This document shows positions 55,247-63,971 of a stretch of DNA of 64,000 bases, piece by piece (within the stretch, counting starts at the first letter, position 1; each line of letters starts with the position of its first letter). A model generated the notes under the pieces. That model was not told where the DNA came from and searched no databases. It saw only the letters and a list, made by a program, of their open reading frames with translations. This stretch comes from an uncultured Chloroflexia bacterium (GTDB taxonomy: Bacteria > Chloroflexota > Limnocylindria > Limnocylindrales > CSP1-4): contig CAVRFC010000005.1 in assembly GCA_963720315.1 (NCBI GenBank), positions 1,375,437 to 1,439,436 on the forward strand. The letters run 5' to 3'. The translations under genes and the position numbers were made by a program.

Positions 55247-56176
55247 TCAGGCGAGGTATCGCTCGAGCCAGGCCAGGACGTCGGTGTAAGCGGCGGCCGC
55301 CTGCTCGGCGTTGTAGCGCGCGCCCGTGTCGTTGAAGAAGGCGTGATCGACGCCGGGATAGGTCTTGATCTCGTGCTCGAGCCCGGCGGCGGTGAGCGCC
55401 GCTTCGGCCGTTTCGCGCGACGCGTTGACTCGGGCGTCCTGCTCGGCATAGACCCCGAGGACGGCGGCCGTATTGCCAGAGAAGTCCGGCGCGGCGGGGG
55501 CGGGGCCATAGAACGGGATCGCCGCGGCGAGGCGCGGATCGCCGGCGTCGAGCAGGGCCCAGACCATCCCGCCGCCGAAGCAGAACCCGATCGCACCGAG
55601 CTTCGCGCCGGGCGCGCGCCGCTCGAGCTCGTCGAGTCCAGCCTTCATGTCGCCGACGAGCCGCTCATCCGACGCTCGTGAGAGGGCCGCCTGGACGTCG
55701 CCCTGGGCGAGTGCGTCGCTGCCGCCCTCCTCGGACAGGAGATCGATGGCGAGCGCGGAGTAGCCGTCGGCGGCGAGCCGCGACGCCACCGACCGGATAT
55801 GGTCGTTGAGCCCGCGGTTCTCGTGGATCACGAGCATCGCGCCTTTCGGTGCGTCGGCGCCGACGAAGAACCCTTGGAGCTCGACGTTCGGCCCCGGGAA
55901 TGTGATGGCTTCGCCGTCGGCGGGGGGCCCCGGCGAGGCCGACGCCGGGGCGCCGGGCGACGGGGACGTCGGCGCGCTGGCAGACGGTCCGACGCTCCCG
56001 CTCGTCGGCGCCGCGCTCGCCGGTCCACCGGCCGGCGCGCACGCCTCGAGGAGCGCGATCGCCGAGCCGACCGACAGCCCGAGAAGGGCGAGCCTGCGCA
56101 ACGCCTCACGTCGGCTGATGATCCCGTCGGCCCAGTCCTCGCCGACCTCGCCGGCGAGGTAGTCGTGGAGTGCCAT
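55247..56176 (-). CDS. Tat-exported dienelactone hydrolase-family protein
   Basis: The twin-arginine signal is SRREALRRLALLGLSVGSA, followed by a Pro/Ser-rich linker. DLH motifs are VIHENRGLNDH and GAIGFCFGGGMVW. Confidence 0.85.
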   Translation of the reverse strand: MALHDYLAGEVGEDWADGIISRREALRRLALLGLSVGSAIALLEACAPAGGPASAAPTSGSVGPSASAPTSPSPGAPASASPGPPADGEAITFPGPNVELQGFFVGADAPKGAMLVIHENRGLNDHIRSVASRLAADGYSALAIDLLSEEGGSDALAQGDVQAALSRASDERLVGDMKAGLDELERRAPGAKLGAIGFCFGGGMVWALLDAGDPRLAAAIPFYGPAPAAPDFSGNTAAVLGVYAEQDARVNASRETAEAALTAAGLEHEIKTYPGVDHAFFNDTGARYNAEQAAAAYTDVLAWLERYLA

Positions 56177-56229
56177 CGGTTAACGATACGGCGGGCAGCT
56201 GAATGGCGGTTTCGAACGCCGCCGGTTTC

Positions 56230-57009
56230 TCAGCGGAAGAGGTCGTTCTCGGCGGGGATGAGTGCGCCCCGGATCGTTGCCTCGCCGCGGGTCGGGTTGG
56301 CTCCGCGGACGAGGGCGGCCGGGCGAGCAGTCGTCTTGCCGAATGCCAGCTCCGCGGCGCTGGCGATCTCGTCGGCGACGGCCCGGACAGTCGAGCGCAT
56401 GACCCGGCCGTCGTGATCGGCGACGCCGCGGAGGTCCTGGAGCGGCAGCATCCCGGACACCCCGATGGCGATGTCGACGATCCCCCAGCGCCACGGCCGT
56501 CCGAACAAATCGCTGATGATGACGGGGAGGTCGACGCCGAACCTGGCTTCGATCGCCCGGCGGATCCCAGTCGCGGACGCGTCCGGGTCACGTGGGAGGA
56601 GTGTCACGATCTGGCCGCTGCCCGGCCCGACATTCGACGCGTCGACGCCGCCGTTCGCGCAGACGAATCCGTGCGGTGTCTCCGTGATGAGGACGCCGTT
56701 CTCCATCCGGACGACACGTCGGGCCTCCCGGAGCACGACCTCGACCTGACGCGGATCGCGATCCCATTTCGCGGCGAACTCGATGGCCTCCCGGCGCGGT
56801 TCGACGGTCGTCAGGTCGACGACGGCCCCTTCGGCCTTCGAGACGATCTTCTGGGTGACGACGAGGACGTCGTCGGCGCCGAGCGGCAACAGGTGGCCCT
56901 GTCGCTCCAGCCCGTCGCCGAGGATCCCCGCCAGGTCGTCACCCGCCGCGATCTCGGGGATCCCGTCAAGGGCGACAACCTCGACACGGCCGTCGTCGTC
57001 AGCGGGCAT
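56230..57009 (-). CDS. cofE: coenzyme F420-0:L-glutamate ligase, single-domain CofE
   Basis: It reads VVTQKIVSKAEG...GFVCANGGVDASNV...ISDLFGRPWRWGIVDIAIG. At ~259 aa it has no fused nitroreductase-like domain. Confidence 0.85.
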   Translation of the reverse strand: MPADDDGRVEVVALDGIPEIAAGDDLAGILGDGLERQGHLLPLGADDVLVVTQKIVSKAEGAVVDLTTVEPRREAIEFAAKWDRDPRQVEVVLREARRVVRMENGVLITETPHGFVCANGGVDASNVGPGSGQIVTLLPRDPDASATGIRRAIEARFGVDLPVIISDLFGRPWRWGIVDIAIGVSGMLPLQDLRGVADHDGRVMRSTVRAVADEIASAAELAFGKTTARPAALVRGANPTRGEATIRGALIPAENDLFR

Positions 57010-57658
57010 CCGCCGCCCCCGTTGCGAGGGACTCGACGAGAAGGAGGTCGTCCGGCGTGTCGATGTCGAGCGACAGCGGGCCTTCGAGCTCGACGTAACG
57101 TGCCCCTGACTCGTCGGCGCACGCGGCATGGGCCGCCCGGCTGTCGCCTCCGAACCCGAACTCGATCGCATCGGGCGGCGCGAGAACCAGCGCGTTCGTG
57201 CCGCGGCCGTGGCGGTCCGGCGCGAGGACGACGAGCGGCCGCTCGAGGATGATCGCCAGCGGCGCGAAGAGCTCAGCGAGGGCCTCAGACGAGATAAGCG
57301 GGATGTCGATCGGCACGACGACGATCGCGTCGGCGCCGCTCGCAACCGCATCGTCCCGCGCCTCGCGAAGGCCGCGGTTCAGTCCCTGGCTCCGCTGGAG
57401 GAGTGTCCGCGCCCCGAGCCGCGCCGCTGCCGCGAGCGCCTCACGATCGGGACTGACGACCAGCGTCTCGGCGAGGCCCGGCGTGGCGAGCGCTGCGCGC
57501 ACCGTCCGCTCCAGCATCCGCGCGACCAGGTCCCGCCGCTCCTCCGCGTCGAGCGTCTCACCCAGCCGCGACTTCGCGCCCTCGAGCGCCCCGACCGGGA
57601 CGATCGCGACGACGCGCGGCGCATCCACTTCCGGATCGTGACCAGAGGTTGCGTCCAT
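56999..57658 (-). CDS. cofC: 2-phospho-L-lactate/PEP guanylyltransferase (CofC/FbiD)
   Basis: It reads VVAIVPVGALEGAKSRLGETL...VVVPIDIPLIS...DRHGRGTNALVL. An alternative start lies at 57688. Confidence 0.8.
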   Translation of the reverse strand: MDATSGHDPEVDAPRVVAIVPVGALEGAKSRLGETLDAEERRDLVARMLERTVRAALATPGLAETLVVSPDREALAAAARLGARTLLQRSQGLNRGLREARDDAVASGADAIVVVPIDIPLISSEALAELFAPLAIILERPLVVLAPDRHGRGTNALVLAPPDAIEFGFGGDSRAAHAACADESGARYVELEGPLSLDIDTPDDLLLVESLATGAADAR

Positions 57659-57684
57659 CGCCGGAATGCTACCCGCCCCGTCCG

Positions 57685-58299
57685 TCATGAAAGGAATGCG
57701 CCGGCGATCGACCAGATCGCGAAGCCGAATAGGACAAGGCCCGACACGCGGTTCACCCACGTCAGCCCGGCGACGGTGACTCGCGAACGGAGCGCCGACA
57801 CAGCCCACGTGAGGATCAGCCACCAGCTCGCCGACCCGCAGAACACGCCGAGCGTCAGCAGCGCGGCGTCGGCGCCGCCGCGCCCGACGACGCCGAGCCC
57901 GGCGAAGATCGCGGCGAACGACAGGATCGTCATCGGGTTTGTCATCGTCAGCCCGAAGATCGAGATGAAGGCGCCGAAGAGGCCGGGCCGGTCGTCAGCC
58001 ACCGCGACAGCGTCGGGTCGGCTGGTCATCGACCGCCAGGCCAGGACGAGCAGGAAGAGGCCGCCGACGATCCCGAGCACGAACCGCCCGCCGACGAGGA
58101 TCGACGTCACCGCGGTGAGCCCAAACGCTGCAATCCCCCCGTACGTGGCATCGGCCAGCGCGACCCCGAGCCCCGACGCCAGGCCGTAGATCCGGCCGTG
58201 GGCGAGCGTCCGGCGGATCGTCAGCAGGCTGATCGGGCCGACGGCGGCGGCGATCGTGAAGCCGAGGACGAGGCCTCGAGCGAAAAGCAGGGGGTCCAT
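57685..58299 (-). CDS. LysE/RhtB-family amino-acid exporter
   Basis: It reads FARGLVLGFTIAAAVGPISLLTIRRTLAHG...NPMTILSF. GGAG lies 6 nt upstream of the ATG at 58299. Confidence 0.85.
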   Translation of the reverse strand: MDPLLFARGLVLGFTIAAAVGPISLLTIRRTLAHGRIYGLASGLGVALADATYGGIAAFGLTAVTSILVGGRFVLGIVGGLFLLVLAWRSMTSRPDAVAVADDRPGLFGAFISIFGLTMTNPMTILSFAAIFAGLGVVGRGGADAALLTLGVFCGSASWWLILTWAVSALRSRVTVAGLTWVNRVSGLVLFGFAIWSIAGAFLS

Positions 58300-58313
58300 G
58301 GCGATCTCCTGGG

Positions 58314-58345
58314 CAAACGAAAACACCCTCGGGGTTGTCCGAGGG
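58314..58345 (-). terminator. intrinsic terminator/attenuator hairpin immediately upstream of the lysE-family RBS
   Basis: On the minus strand it reads CCCTCGG-ACAACC-CCGAGGG followed by TGTTTTCGTTTG. The U-tract ends 4 nt before the GGAG of the exporter gene. Confidence 0.6.
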
Positions 58346-58636
58346 CGTTCGTTCCGTTCGTGGCGGCGCCCACCCGGGCGCGCGTCGTCAGGCCGAGCCG
58401 TCCCTCGTCGGGGACTGCTGCTGGCGGCGAATCAACGCTGGCTCGGGGACGTGCATGGCGGCAATGTGAGACATGCGCGCTGGCGTAGTCAAGTCACCGC
58501 ATCCACGAGAGTTCGCTCGTGTTCTCCCGCGATGCCGTTGGTTGCATCACTCCGAGATCGGCGTTCTCCGGCTCCACGTGATATGCAACCAACGGCATCA
58601 GGCAGACAGGCGAATGACTCGGGGCGATGCGGAGCG
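58346..58636 (-). ncRNA. candidate structured leader / cis-regulatory RNA (unclassified)
   Basis: This is a ~290-nt non-coding stretch between the cofD stop and the terminator. It contains a perfect 17-bp inverted repeat (58521-58537 / 58573-58589, 35-nt loop). It also contains CACGAG-N6-CTCGTG (58494-58511) and GCGCCC-ACCC-GGGCGC (58366-58381). Confidence 0.35.
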
Positions 58637-59599
58637 TCAGCGCTCCGCGGCCCAGGCCAGGCACTCAGCGGCGAGGCGGGCACGGGCGGCGTCGTCGGTC
58701 ATGATCGTGTCGGTGACGTGGGCTCGGAGGCCGAGCGCCTCGATCGCCGGCGCTAGGTGCTCGTCGACCGCATCCAGTACGAAGTCCGTGGCCAGGGCCG
58801 CGTAGATCCGGGCCACGCCCAGCGCGCTCGACTCATGACCGAGCGACACGAGCATCCTGTCGGCCGGGCCCTTGAGCGCCTTGCCGCCGACGATCCCGGA
58901 TACCGCGAGGACCCGGATCCCACGCTCTCGGGCGCGGGCGAGGGCTGCCCGAATCTCCTCGATCGCGAGGATCGGCCCGACTGAGACGATCGGATTCGAT
59001 GGGGCGATCACGATCGCCCGGGCGGCGTCGAGAGCGCCGACGACCTCCGGCGTGACGGAGGCCAGGTCGGCGCCCCGGAACCGCACCTCGTGAACGTCCG
59101 GCTCCTGGTGCCGGCCGACGAAGTAGTCCTGGAACTCGAGCCAGCCGTCGTCGGTGCGGACCTCCGTTCGTACGGGGTCGTCGCTCATCGGCAGGATCGC
59201 GGCGCGGACGCCGATGGAGCGCTGAAGCCCGAGACAGGCCTCCGTCAGACCCGCACCGGCACGTAGGCGGGCGGTCCGGGTGATGTGCGTCGCGAGGTCG
59301 CGATCGCCCAGGCGAAACCACGTCGGCTCCCCGTATCGGCCCAGCATCTCCGCCGCGGCGTACGTCTCGCCCTCGATGCCCCAGCCGAGCTCGCGGTTCG
59401 CGATCCCGGCGAGGGTGTACATGACGGTGTCGTGGTCCGGCATGACGAGCAGGCCATGGAGCTCGAGGTCGTCGCCGGTGTTGACGACAACGGTCAACCG
59501 ATCCCCGAGATGGGCCTGCAGACCGTGGGCGAGCTTCGCGCCACCGACACCGCCCGCCAGCGCGACGACCGGGCCGCGGCTGGGGCCAGCGTCAGCCAT
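58637..59599 (-). CDS. cofD: 2-phospho-L-lactate transferase (CofD/FbiA)
   Basis: Motifs are VVALAGGVGGAKL, TVVVNTGDD, MPDHDTVMYTLAG and IVIAPSNPIVSVGPIL. Confidence 0.9.
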   Translation of the reverse strand: MADAGPSRGPVVALAGGVGGAKLAHGLQAHLGDRLTVVVNTGDDLELHGLLVMPDHDTVMYTLAGIANRELGWGIEGETYAAAEMLGRYGEPTWFRLGDRDLATHITRTARLRAGAGLTEACLGLQRSIGVRAAILPMSDDPVRTEVRTDDGWLEFQDYFVGRHQEPDVHEVRFRGADLASVTPEVVGALDAARAIVIAPSNPIVSVGPILAIEEIRAALARARERGIRVLAVSGIVGGKALKGPADRMLVSLGHESSALGVARIYAALATDFVLDAVDEHLAPAIEALGLRAHVTDTIMTDDAARARLAAECLAWAAER

Positions 59600-60533
59600 C
59601 GGCGAGGAGTGCGTCGACCTCGCTGATCCGTTCGAGCGTCTCGCGGTCGTACGGTGCGGGCAGCCGTACGATGACCGTGCGGAAGCCGAGGTCCCGGTAC
59701 GGGCGCAGCCCGTCGGCCACCGTCGCCGGCGACCCGAGAAGGACCGGCACCTGGCCCATGTCTTCGGCGCCGTTGTACGCGAGGAGCCCATCGAACGCGG
59801 ACTGGGCGTCGGCCGGGTCGTCGCGGATGACGATCGGGAAGCTGATCGTCAGCTCGATCTCCGCACGGTCCCGTCCGACGTCGGCGCAGTGGCCGTCGAG
59901 GATCGCGAGTCTCTCGGTCACTTCCTCGACCGTTCCTGCTGTGTTCCACGCGTCACCGCGCAGGGCCGTCGTCCTCAGCGTCTTGCGCGGACCTGATCCG
60001 CCGATGAGGATCGGCAGCTTGGCCTGGATCGGACGTGGCTCGCAGAGCGCGTCGGTCATGCGGTAGAAGCGGCCCTCGTGCGTCACCCGCTCGCCGTCGA
60101 GTAGGCGACGCATGAGCATCACCAATTCGTCGAGCCGATCCAGGCGCTCGCCGAAGCCGGAGCCCCAGTCCGGGATGCCGAACGCCTCGTGCTCGCGCTC
60201 GAACCAGGCCCCGCCGATCCCGAGCACGGCCCGCCCGGCGCTCACGTTGTCGAGCGTCGTCGCCAGCTTTGTCGTGACGCCCGGGTTGCGGAACGTGTTG
60301 GCGCCGACCATCAGCCCGAGTCGAATGCGGCTCGTGACCGCAGCCACTGCCGTCAGCGTCGACCAGCCCTCGAGGATCGGCTGCTCCCACGGCCCGAAGA
60401 TCGCGAGGAGGTGATCCCACGTCCAGACGGAATCCCAGCCGTTCGCTTCGGCCGCCAGGGCGCCATCACGGAACTCCGGCCAGCTCGTGCGCTGCGACCA
60501 GAGCTGCGCTCCGAACCTCATCGTCGTCGGCAT
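59592..60533 (-). CDS. LLM-class F420-dependent oxidoreductase
   Basis: It reads RFGAQLW...DSVWTWDHL...RLGLMVGANTFRNPGVTTKLATTLDNVSAGRAVLGIGGAW. It overlaps the cofD start by 8 nt. Confidence 0.9.
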   Translation of the reverse strand: MPTTMRFGAQLWSQRTSWPEFRDGALAAEANGWDSVWTWDHLLAIFGPWEQPILEGWSTLTAVAAVTSRIRLGLMVGANTFRNPGVTTKLATTLDNVSAGRAVLGIGGAWFEREHEAFGIPDWGSGFGERLDRLDELVMLMRRLLDGERVTHEGRFYRMTDALCEPRPIQAKLPILIGGSGPRKTLRTTALRGDAWNTAGTVEEVTERLAILDGHCADVGRDRAEIELTISFPIVIRDDPADAQSAFDGLLAYNGAEDMGQVPVLLGSPATVADGLRPYRDLGFRTVIVRLPAPYDRETLERISEVDALLADG

Positions 60534-60537
60534 GCCG

Positions 60538-60969
60538 TCAGTCCTCGACGTGATCGTGGATGTTCGTCGGGCGCAGCCGGAAGCTCACCCGGCGCTGCGT
60601 CCGGAAGGCGGCGATGGCTTCATTCGCCTCGGCCGAATCGGCGCCGTGGAAGCGGCGAGCCATCGCGGCGATGTCGGCCTGGGCCTGCTCCTGGTCGTCG
60701 ACCACCTCGACGGTCCCGACGAGCCCAACCCATGATTCCTGGGCGTGATCCGTGACGGCGATCGAGACCCTTGGGTCGCGCTGCAGGTTCGTCGGCCAGC
60801 GGCGGCCGTGACGGCTGTTGACGACGATCGTGTCGCCGTCGAGCAGGAACCATACGACGGCCTGCCGCGGAGCGCCGTCTTCGTCGATCGTGGCGACGGC
60901 CGCGTACCGCGGCATGGCGAGGAATCGGCGCACGTGTTCGGGTAGGGATGTGATCGCGGGGAGGGCCAT
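60538..60969 (-). CDS. PPOX-class (pyridoxamine 5'-phosphate oxidase-like) probable F420-dependent enzyme
   Basis: It reads RYAAVATIDEDGAPRQAVVWFLLDGDTIVVNSRHGRRWPTNLQRDPRVSIAV. The start is taken at MALPAITS. Confidence 0.85.
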   Translation of the reverse strand: MALPAITSLPEHVRRFLAMPRYAAVATIDEDGAPRQAVVWFLLDGDTIVVNSRHGRRWPTNLQRDPRVSIAVTDHAQESWVGLVGTVEVVDDQEQAQADIAAMARRFHGADSAEANEAIAAFRTQRRVSFRLRPTNIHDHVED

Positions 60970-61018
60970 TGCCACAGATGGTACGCGAGGCGCCTTGCCG
61001 GCGGCTCGTGCCCGCCAT

Positions 61019-61189
61019 CTGGCCAAATTTGCAGCGCAGGAATGTTGGCGGAGGTCGGAGGGCCGAATCGGGGCGTCGCTGCGGTCCCGCCGGACACTCA
61101 ACGCACGGAATCCGCCTCGACAGACACCTGGCCAATACCTGAGCGGCCTCGGTCTTCGGCTAACGCTCTGGGGGCGCAAGTTTGGCCAG
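61019..61189. mobile_element. MITE/REP-like element B (171 bp) with terminal inverted repeats CTGGCCAAATTTGC / GCAAGTTTGGCCAG extending imperfectly to ~43 bp
   Basis: It is read directly, in the divergent spacer between 60969 (-) and 61269 (+). An internal partial copy CTGGCCAA lies near 61128. It contains CCGAATCGGGG at 61063-61073. Confidence 0.6.
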
Positions 61190-61268
61190 GAACAGAGAAG
61201 GAAGCTCCTTGAGGGAGCGCCTGGAGGGGAGCGAATTCCGGGGCGACGTCGCGTAGTACGCTCCAGCG

Positions 61269-61703
61269 ATGGTCATATTCGGCTGGCTCCGTCGGCCGAT
61301 CATTCTGGCCACCAAGAACGACCTCTGCGCGATCTGTTCGAGGATGGGTCCGCACGTTGTCGTGCGGGCTGTCAGCTGGATCGAAGTCTTCTTCGTTCCG
61401 ATCCTGCCAATCTGGTTCAGCCACCAGCTGATCTGTGGCAACTGCGGCGCGAGCCGGAAGCTCGGCCGGCGACAGGTCGGCGATGCGTTGAACTCCGGCC
61501 GCCTGCCGTTACCCGCCCGGGCCGAGCACCGCGAGTACGCGAACTGGGCGTTCCAGGAAACCGGCCGATCGCCCCAGGAGTCGGAGCTCGATCCAATCGA
61601 GATCAATCCCTTGAGGGGGCCCTGGGATCGTTATCTCAAGCTCTGGCTGCTGATCGTCCCGTCAGTCATCGTGGGGCTCGTGATCGTCTCAATCGTGAAG
61701 TGA
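61269..61703 (+). CDS. zinc-ribbon membrane protein
   Basis: CAIC...CGNC cysteine pairs flank a TM helix, and there is a C-terminal TM (LWLLIVPSVIVGLVIVSIV). Confidence 0.55.
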   Translation: MVIFGWLRRPIILATKNDLCAICSRMGPHVVVRAVSWIEVFFVPILPIWFSHQLICGNCGASRKLGRRQVGDALNSGRLPLPARAEHREYANWAFQETGRSPQESELDPIEINPLRGPWDRYLKLWLLIVPSVIVGLVIVSIVK

Positions 61704-61719
61704 CCGCGAAAATGGGCTG

Positions 61720-63003
61720 CTACTTCGCGGTGACCGTCCGTGGCCGCGGCTTCGGGACCGCGGCGGCGACCTTGCGACGGACCGTGCCGCGGGCAGCGGC
61801 GAGGCGGAGCGTCTCGATCCGGCGTGGCGGGGCGGGCAGGTACGCCGGCTTGCCGATGAGGTAGCCCTGGCCAAACTCGACCCCGAGGCTCGTCAGCATC
61901 GCGAGGTCGCTCCGCTTCTCGATGCCTTCGGCGAGGAGCCGTGCCCTGATCCGGCGGCCGAAGGAGACGAACGCCTCGACGAGGGCCTGCTTGGCGTCGT
62001 CGCGGGCGATGCCGTGGGCGATCTCCCTGTCGATCTTGATGATCGACGGGTGGAGCGCGGCGATGAGCGTGAAGCTTGCGTAGCCGGCCCCGGCGTCGTC
62101 GATGGCGAACCCGAATCCCAGCCGCCGCAGCGCCTTGACCTGCTTCACCAGCGGAACGACGTCAGCCACCGCCTGCTGCTCCGTGCACTCGAGGGTGATG
62201 TGGCGCGGCGAGAGGCCCGCAGCGGTGACCATGGCAGCCAGGGCCTTCGCCTCGAAGTGGCTGTCGAGCAGGCTGGCCGGCGTGAAGTTGATCGCCAGCC
62301 GGAGCGACGGCAACCCGGCTTCGCGGCGCGTCTGCTCGAGCTCGCCGGCTCGGGCAAGAATGAGTTTGATGATGAACGCGTCGAGCTCGATCGAGCGACC
62401 CGTATCGATTGCCGCGTGAACGATCGAGGTGATCGACTGCGGCAGCATTGGCATGTTCGGCCGGAACAGGCACTCGTACTCGTACAGAGCGCCGCTCGAC
62501 AGCTCGATGATCGGCTGGAACGCAATCTGATGGACGTTCCGAAGGTTGAAGAAGTAGTCGAGGGTCTTCGTCTGGATGCCCTGCGTCGACTGGGCCATCC
62601 CGATCCGATCGGCCAGACCGGACAGGAGGACGGCCTCGGACATCGCGGCGATGTGGCGGTCGCCTTCGGGCAGCGAGTCGTCGAGGTCGACGAGGCCGTA
62701 GGCGGGCGAGTGGACCAGGGCAGCGATCTCCGCGGCCAGTGCGTCGGTGAGTTCCGAGGCCGGACCGATCAGGACGGTCCCCGACTCGAGCTCGAGGACC
62801 CGACCACCCTCGATCGCCTGGGCGAGCCGGTTCGCGAATCGGATGTCGCGCGACCACAGCAGCCGCTGGTCTTCGGTGGGCTTAGGGGCTGTAAAGAAGC
62901 GCATGGGATCCAAGCTTGTCGCCGGCAGGTTGCGTCCGAACACGGGTCTGGGAGCCCGTATAGGACATTGTGCCCCCTCGTCCTCGTCGATCCGAGGCGC
63001 CAA
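61720..63003 (-). CDS. EAL-domain c-di-GMP phosphodiesterase with uncharacterised N-terminal domain
   Basis: EAL-family motifs are present: FQPIIEL, ECLFR, INFTP, ECTEQ, FAIDDAGAGYAS, KIDREI, AEGIE and FGQGYLIGKP. An alternative start lies at 62904. Confidence 0.85.
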   Translation of the reverse strand: MAPRIDEDEGAQCPIRAPRPVFGRNLPATSLDPMRFFTAPKPTEDQRLLWSRDIRFANRLAQAIEGGRVLELESGTVLIGPASELTDALAAEIAALVHSPAYGLVDLDDSLPEGDRHIAAMSEAVLLSGLADRIGMAQSTQGIQTKTLDYFFNLRNVHQIAFQPIIELSSGALYEYECLFRPNMPMLPQSITSIVHAAIDTGRSIELDAFIIKLILARAGELEQTRREAGLPSLRLAINFTPASLLDSHFEAKALAAMVTAAGLSPRHITLECTEQQAVADVVPLVKQVKALRRLGFGFAIDDAGAGYASFTLIAALHPSIIKIDREIAHGIARDDAKQALVEAFVSFGRRIRARLLAEGIEKRSDLAMLTSLGVEFGQGYLIGKPAYLPAPPRRIETLRLAAARGTVRRKVAAAVPKPRPRTVTAK

Positions 63004-63030
63004 GGGTCCGCTCCTCAGATGGGACCATGG

Positions 63031-63726
63031 TCACGCGAGACGCTCCCCGGCGAGGACAGGGATGTCGAGGCGGTTCTCGGGCGGCGCCAGCGGGCAGGCC
63101 CACTTCGGGTCGAACGCGCACGAGGGCTGGAACGCGAAGTTGAAGTCGAGAACGAGGGTTCCACGCTCCGAGTCGCCGCCGAGATCGGCCGACTTGGCCG
63201 AGTCGAGCAGATAGCGGCCGGCCGCGTACGTTTCGCTGCCGCTTGTCGCGTCCCGGAACGGCAGGAAGATGCCACCCGCGTAGCCGGCCATCCAGTAGAC
63301 CCCCAGCCGCCTCGCGCCTGTCGCGAACGGCACCTCCACATGGCCGATCCGGCTGAACGACATCGTCCCGCCGGCGCTGACCGGCAGGTCCATCGCGATC
63401 CCGAGTCCGCCGCCCAGCGCGGCGAAACCACCCGCCGCGGGCTCGATGGGCGCTTCGTCGGCTGCCACCGCGACCTCGAAGCGCAGCGCAGGGTCCGCCG
63501 GATAATGCCGAGCCCAGAACCTCGCACGTTTGTCGGCCGGCACCGGCGACTGCGGGTGCTCGCGAAAGAGGCGCTCTCGGGTGGTTCGCCAGAGCTCCAG
63601 CGCCGACTCCACGTCGGTCGCCGATAGCACCCGGACCTCGGCGTAGAGGTCGGCGATCCGGCGCCGCCAGTCGGCGAGCTGGAGGGTCTCCGCCAGGCCG
63701 CGACCGGTACCGGCGTCGGTCGCCAT
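63031..63726 (-). CDS. DUF1684 domain protein
   Basis: The C-terminal signature is DFNFAFQPSCAFDPKWACPLAPPENRLDIPVLAGE. Confidence 0.85.
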   Translation of the reverse strand: MATDAGTGRGLAETLQLADWRRRIADLYAEVRVLSATDVESALELWRTTRERLFREHPQSPVPADKRARFWARHYPADPALRFEVAVAADEAPIEPAAGGFAALGGGLGIAMDLPVSAGGTMSFSRIGHVEVPFATGARRLGVYWMAGYAGGIFLPFRDATSGSETYAAGRYLLDSAKSADLGGDSERGTLVLDFNFAFQPSCAFDPKWACPLAPPENRLDIPVLAGERLA

Positions 63727-63971
63727 CAGGCCCGTCCGCGAGCCGATCGAACGAGCACGATCCCACCTATAGCGATCAGGATGATCGGCCAGATGTCGCC
63801 CCAGTCGATCCGCGGCATCCGGATCCCGAGCGTGTGGTCGAGCAGGTACCAGACACCGATGGCGAGCAGGATGATCCCGACGACTATCGACGGTAGGTTT
63901 GACTCGCGGCTGCGCGGCGGGCGCCAGTCGACCCCACGTTCCGGCGGGCTGGGGTCGGCGGGTTCGGTCAT
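63726..63971 (-). CDS. small two-TM membrane protein (LiaF/DUF5668-like TM region, tentative)
   Basis: It reads SIVVGIILLAIGVWYLL...WPIILIAIGGIVLV. Its stop overlaps the downstream start by 1 nt. Confidence 0.6.
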   Translation of the reverse strand: MTEPADPSPPERGVDWRPPRSRESNLPSIVVGIILLAIGVWYLLDHTLGIRMPRIDWGDIWPIILIAIGGIVLVRSARGRA

